Origin: Acinetobacter sp. | GTDB taxonomy: Bacteria; Pseudomonadota; Gammaproteobacteria; Pseudomonadales; Moraxellaceae | Direction of reading: 5' to 3' | Assembly (NCBI RefSeq): GCF_036659555.1 | Contig: NZ_JAVXCI010000002.1 | Location: 715 to 64,714 of the forward strand | Length of the DNA stretch: 64,000 bases | Shown: one piece after another, positions 59,542-64,000 of the stretch | Layout: each line of letters begins with the position of its first letter | How positions within the stretch are numbered: the first letter of the stretch is position 1 | Made by a program: the position numbers and the translations under genes | The notes under the pieces: model-generated | The model's input: only the letters and a program-made list of their open reading frames with translations | What the model was told of the DNA's origin: nothing | Databases searched by the model: none

Positions 59542-59782
59542 ATGGCATTCCTTTTTCCGGCCCTGCAGGCTGGCCTTTGATCATAATGAAGCGGCAATCT
59601 GATCCATGCCGTTTTTTTTTAATTATGTTCCAGTATGCTGAGATGCCGGTAAAAAGCAATTGCCCCTGATCAGAAAATCATGGCCATTCCGGCGGCCTTA
59701 AAATTCAGGCTGCGCCCCGCGAGCAAAGTGCCGGCCATAAAAAAGCGCCTGACAGGCAGGCGCTCGGTTCTTGCTGCAGGAA

Positions 59783-60139
59783 TCAGCGTTTCTGCTCAAT
59801 GGCAGCGCCCGCGCCGCCGCCAATCGCGCCGCCGATGGCTGCGCCGGCATTGCCGCCTAAGACGCTTTTGCCGACCGCCGAGCCGATCGCGCCGCCGACG
59901 CCGCTGTAAGTTGCGTTGCGGTTTGAGCCATTCTGGGTTTTACTGCCGACCGCAGCGCCTGCACCGCCGCCAATGGCTGCGCCTGCTGTACCGCCGACCT
60001 TGCTGCCCACGCCGCCGCCAATCGCGCCGCCAAGCGCAGCAGCGCCAATGCGCTGTTCATTCGCCGACATGCTTTCACAGCCTGCCAGCAGCGCCGCCGA
60101 CAGGGCAACCGCGGCCATTGCGCAGCATAATTTTTTCAT
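59783..60139 (-). CDS. Glycine-zipper lipoprotein
   Basis: Lipobox LAGC and repeated GAAIGGA.G motifs. Confidence 0.8.
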   Translation of the reverse strand: MKKLCCAMAAVALSAALLAGCESMSANEQRIGAAALGGAIGGGVGSKVGGTAGAAIGGGAGAAVGSKTQNGSNRNATYSGVGGAIGSAVGKSVLGGNAGAAIGGAIGGGAGAAIEQKR

Positions 60140-60294
60140 GTTCATGGCCATTCCCCTTTCCTTTCCGATAAGCTAGAGCTTAGCTCCATAATATGAAACT
60201 AAATCCAAGCGAATGTTACGTCTCAGGCCAAATTTGCAGTGATTTGTAAAAAAGCCCCGGCGCTGGCCAGGGCTTTCTGCGCATCCGCAGCGGC

Positions 60295-60834
60295 TTATTC
60301 CTCTTCGCTGAGCACCACAATATCTTTGCTCACCGCGCCGTTTTCCGTCAATACCGCATGCGACAGCTTGACGCCGCTTTCAGGCGCTTTAGCCTGATCC
60401 AGCTGCAGCGTGCGCTTTACCGGCTCCTGGCCTTTTTTAAACTCCATGCCCTCTGCATCCAGTTTTTTGCTTTGAGAGATAATCTGCCCATCCTGCTTCA
60501 GTGTTTTATTCAATTCAATTTTAGAGGTCGGCACAATCACGCTGCCCTGCTTCAGCACGGGAATGGACAGCGGCTTGTCTGAAAACTGGCCCTGATTGTC
60601 CTGCAGCTGGATTTCCCGCGCCACAATGTCCTTGCCTTTATTCGACACTTCAAAAACGGTTGCTTCAACCGTCCGCACAGGCGCCTGCCCTTGGACTTTG
60701 CGGATCACTTCGGTTTTCAGCACCGGCACAACCGCTTTATCATCAATCACAATGCTATTCGGCATTGGCGCCGCAAATGCGCCGGCAGCAGCGGATAAAG
60801 TTGAAAATGCCAATAATGTACGGATAGATTTCAT
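60295..60834 (-). CDS. Hypothetical secreted beta-rich protein
   Basis: Signal peptide ending AFA; Val/Lys-rich strands; terminator at about 60248-60276. Confidence 0.7.
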   Translation of the reverse strand: MKSIRTLLAFSTLSAAAGAFAAPMPNSIVIDDKAVVPVLKTEVIRKVQGQAPVRTVEATVFEVSNKGKDIVAREIQLQDNQGQFSDKPLSIPVLKQGSVIVPTSKIELNKTLKQDGQIISQSKKLDAEGMEFKKGQEPVKRTLQLDQAKAPESGVKLSHAVLTENGAVSKDIVVLSEEE

Positions 60835-60957
60835 TTCATGCCCTATTATTTTATTTAAAAGAAAGTGAATAAATTCAATTGTTATTTTTCTAATATAGGC
60901 GATTTTTTCAGCGGAATAAAGCGGTAATTTTCATTATTCCCCTGGATTTTTTTGCAT

Positions 60958-60980
60958 AAAAAAGGCGCCCGCAGGCGCCT
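60958..60980 (-). repeat. Duplicated terminator, copy downstream of the TPR gene
   Basis: aaaaaaggcgcccgcaggcgcct is identical to 63041-63063. Confidence 0.9.
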
Positions 60981-60992
60981 GCTTAAACAAAT

Positions 60993-62996
60993 TTATCGAA
61001 ACGGGTTTTGAGAAATTTTAACTTTTACAGAAGCTTTGCCTTTTCTTACTTCTTTCCCACGAGAACACAAATATTCAAAAACCATTTTTTCACCTGAAGC
61101 TTTAGGCGCAAGATATATCTTTTTTAAATGCTCCATAATTGATGGTTCATAATCGATATAAATACGATTAATTTTCTCATCATATTGAATTAATTCATTA
61201 TCCATTTGAGTCACGTAAATCATTCGGCACTCTTGTTCTTCTTTAAATGCCATATGCTTAATTAAATAGCGTAAAGGTAAAATGATTTCGGCTAATAATT
61301 TTTGCTCATCAGGATTTAGCTTAGATTGATTTAACATTTTTATTTGATCTATAAGTGCTATTAAGCCTTTGCTCACTTCAAATTCAATTTTAGAAATTTC
61401 CTCCTGATATTCTTTCCATAATTTTTTTGCTTCAGGATTTGGTTCAAGAATATGTTTTTTATTTTCAGCTTTATGCTCTCGATGAAAACTCCATTCTTCA
61501 CGCTGCGCGACTTTAATTAAGCCTGAAGCCGGGTCTAAATAGATACACCGAAATAATGACCTTTTTGAAAGTTCTTTTTTATCACACTTTTTTGCATTCT
61601 GATTTACTTCTTGCTGTTCTGCTATGGCTGATTTTCGAGAATCGAGTCTACTAAGCATATTCAGAATATTATGTTCTTTCGCAAAAAATTCTTTTGAGAG
61701 TACTAAACTTAGACCAGTTGCCTCTTGCTGACTTTCTTTACCATAAAGGCGAAATTGATTCAATGAATCATGATGCAAGGTAAAACAGCTAATAAAAGCT
61801 AAATCTGGAGTAGAAATTTTTTCATCCAGATATAATAATTTATTTAATAATAAACCTTCTTCAGGATCATTCATCAAATCAATGGTATTTAAACGTAATG
61901 GAGATTTAAGTCTAGCACCCTCACTTTTTTCATCTGTTGAAAGTAATAACTTAGACACTGTTATATTGGTATAATGTGCAATATCTGATTCAATATCGGA
62001 CGTAATAATTAAATATTTTAAAGTTTCTTGTACTCTGTTTAAAATATACAAGTATGAATCCTGGTGTGCTTGATCAACAATACGATTTACATCCAGGGTG
62101 TGTTTTATTTGATATCCAAAGCCTGAGTAGACCTCTGTATCTCTAGAAATCTGTTTCCAGAATTCAGATGCTTCTCCTATTTTTCCTTCTCTTAAATAAA
62201 TACTGCCTATTAAATACCTAGCTTTTGAATATAGATCATGCTCACTTTCCAAAATTTCCATATAAGAACTTTTTGCTAAAGCATATTCATTTAATCCATG
62301 ATAGATATTTCCTTCATTAAACTTAGCTTTAGAGTATGTTTCTAAATATATTTTATCCACATTTTGATAAAATATTAAAGCTTTAATATCGTCCCCTCTA
62401 AAACTATAAATTATACCCAAACCAAATTGTGCATCCGCATAGCAAATTCCATGTTTGGATAAAATTTTATTTAAACATTGTTCTGCTTGCTCATACATTT
62501 TTCTCTTCATATATAAGCCAGCTAAATTTTGTTGTGCTTTTGCATACTCCTCATCATTTTTATTAGTCTGCTTTATGATATCACTGTAAGTTTTTATTGC
62601 ACCTTCAGGATTTCCCTGCTTTTCTAGAACAATTGCTAAATCAATACGTGCATTAAAATAAATTTCTTCATCAACATTAATTACAGAATTTAAAATATCA
62701 AAGGCTTTATTTAAATCCCCATCCTCTAAATATTTTCTACCTAAAATACGACATGCACTCATATATGATGTATCATTTAAATTAATAATCTTTTCCAAGC
62801 ACTCAATATATTTTATGTTTTTTACTTTCATATAATCTATAGCAACATCATGCCAAAATATATTATTTGACTGCTCACTTAATTCACTAATTTTTTTTAA
62901 TACGTTTTTATCAATTTTATAATTATTGTCTTCTGATATATTTAGTTGCACCTCATTTAAAAGAGAACTTAGCAACTTATTTTCTTTAATGTTCAA
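60993..62996 (-). CDS. TPR-repeat + DUF2971-like protein, AT-rich (horizontally acquired)
   Basis: Six TPR-like repeats (Y..A...L/G..Y...G....A), then IAHYT, LRLN..LMNDPEEG, ISCFT..DSLNQFRLYG and KHMAFKEEQECR motifs; TTG start with AGGA RBS. Confidence 0.8.
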   Translation of the reverse strand: MNIKENKLLSSLLNEVQLNISEDNNYKIDKNVLKKISELSEQSNNIFWHDVAIDYMKVKNIKYIECLEKIINLNDTSYMSACRILGRKYLEDGDLNKAFDILNSVINVDEEIYFNARIDLAIVLEKQGNPEGAIKTYSDIIKQTNKNDEEYAKAQQNLAGLYMKRKMYEQAEQCLNKILSKHGICYADAQFGLGIIYSFRGDDIKALIFYQNVDKIYLETYSKAKFNEGNIYHGLNEYALAKSSYMEILESEHDLYSKARYLIGSIYLREGKIGEASEFWKQISRDTEVYSGFGYQIKHTLDVNRIVDQAHQDSYLYILNRVQETLKYLIITSDIESDIAHYTNITVSKLLLSTDEKSEGARLKSPLRLNTIDLMNDPEEGLLLNKLLYLDEKISTPDLAFISCFTLHHDSLNQFRLYGKESQQEATGLSLVLSKEFFAKEHNILNMLSRLDSRKSAIAEQQEVNQNAKKCDKKELSKRSLFRCIYLDPASGLIKVAQREEWSFHREHKAENKKHILEPNPEAKKLWKEYQEEISKIEFEVSKGLIALIDQIKMLNQSKLNPDEQKLLAEIILPLRYLIKHMAFKEEQECRMIYVTQMDNELIQYDEKINRIYIDYEPSIMEHLKKIYLAPKASGEKMVFEYLCSRGKEVRKGKASVKVKISQNPFR

Positions 62997-63040
62997 AGCT
63001 ATTTCCTAATGCAAATTTTATTTCACTTAAGTATATTATA

Positions 63041-63063
63041 AAAAAAGGCGCCCGCAGGCGCCT
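63041..63063 (-). terminator. rpoC intrinsic terminator (second copy of the direct repeat)
   Basis: Minus strand AGGCGCC-UGC-GGGCGCCUUUUUU, about 20 bp after the rpoC stop. Confidence 0.88.
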
Positions 63064-63083
63064 TTCTTAATTCAGCTCAAAGC

Positions 63084-64000
63084 TTATAAGCCGCTGTTGA
63101 ATTCCTGACTGAAGGCCTGGCTTAAAGCCTGATCCACATCAGAGAAGTCATTGTGAAGCTCAAGCTCGGCAGCTTCCGATTCCTGGCGGCGGCGCTCCAG
63201 ATGGTAAGCCAAGCCTGTACCCGCTGGGATCAGGCGGCCCACAACCACGTTTTCTTTCAGGCCGCGCAGGTCATCTTCTTTGCCTGTTACAGCCGCTTCA
63301 GTCAACACGCGGGTTGTTTCCTGGAACGATGCAGCAGAGATGAACGAGTCGGTAGAAAGCGACGCTTTGGTGATACCCATCAATTGGCGTTCATACTTGG
63401 CAGGGAACTTGTTCTGCGCAAGCACAGCCTGGTTTTCCTGAACCATGCGGATGTAATCCACCTGTTCACCCTTGATGAAGCTGGTATCGCCGCCGTCAGT
63501 AATGTCAACTTTACGCAGCATTTGACGCACGATGACTTCAATATGCTTGTCGTTGATTTTCACGCCTTGCAGACGGTATACGTCCTGAACTTCGTTCACG
63601 ATGTAGTTGGTCAGCGCCACTTCGCCTTTCAGGCGCAGGATGTCGTGCGGGTTCTGCGGACCGTCAGAAACAGTTTCACCGCGGTTCACATGCTCGCCTT
63701 CGAACACGTTCATGGTGCGCCATTTCGGAATCAGCTCTTCGTAGATCTCAGAACCGTCATCCGGCGTAATCACCAGACGGTTTTTGCCTTTGGTTTCTTT
63801 ACCGAAGCTTACAACACCGGAAACTTCAGCAAGAATCGCATGCTCTTTCGGCTTGCGCGCTTCAAACAAGTCCGCTACGCGCGGCAGACCGCCGGTAATG
63901 TCGCGGGTACGTGAAGTTTCTTGAGGCACACGGCCGATAACGTCACCGACACCAATCGTTTCGCCGTCACGGACGGAAAGAATCGTATTCTGCGGCAGGA
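63084..64000 (-). CDS. rpoC: RNA polymerase beta' subunit, 3' part (continues beyond the window)
   Basis: [41 protein letters not shown] and [17 protein letters not shown] motifs. Confidence 0.99.
   Translation of the reverse strand, partial: LPQNTILSVRDGETIGVGDVIGRVPQETSRTRDITGGLPRVADLFEARKPKEHAILAEVSGVVSFGKETKGKNRLVITPDDGSEIYEELIPKWRTMNVFEGEHVNRGETVSDGPQNPHDILRLKGEVALTNYIVNEVQDVYRLQGVKINDKHIEVIVRQMLRKVDITDGGDTSFIKGEQVDYIRMVQENQAVLAQNKFPAKYERQLMGITKASLSTDSFISAASFQETTRVLTEAAVTGKEDDLRGLKENVVVGRLIPAGTGLAYHLERRRQESEAAELELHNDFSDVDQALSQAFSQEFNSGL

Noticed and set aside
59783-60060. Repeated gccgccaatcgcgccgcc units resembling a repeat array or CRISPR
   Set aside because: They are the coding GAAIGG glycine-zipper repeats of a lipoprotein; no spacers or cas genes.

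Overview
Chromosomal window from a relatively GC-rich Acinetobacter-type (Moraxellaceae) genome; the taxon is inferred from protein sequences and synteny. It is mostly core genes: two DUF2147 genes, cbpA-cbpM, a corA-like gene, rpsO-pnp, recC-recB-recD, pap/ppk2, ubiE-ubiJ-ubiB, tex, ompR-envZ, a CoA transferase, a LysR-controlled valine/isobutyrate (mmsA-mmsB-acyl-CoA) catabolic operon, htpG, ompW and the 3' end of rpoC. No rRNA, tRNA, CRISPR array or intact transposase/integrase was seen. The most notable signals are: (1) an AT-rich TPR + DUF2971-like (ADP-ribosyltransferase-type motifs) gene bracketed by two identical copies of the rpoC terminator, a candidate single-gene defence cassette; (2) two tandem unannotated ~150-nt RNAs between recD and rpsO, each preceded by a GacA-type box at similar spacing and carrying both GGA hairpin loops and A-rich tracts; (3) a 191-bp IS4-type MITE with an 11-bp target duplication that splits a terminator; (4) three phased DnaA boxes over the recD start; (5) an atypical RecBC with a large nuclease-domain insertion and an altered Chi-channel segment; (6) an uncharacterised surface lipoprotein/beta-barrel pair. 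All calls come from reading the sequence, with no database searches.
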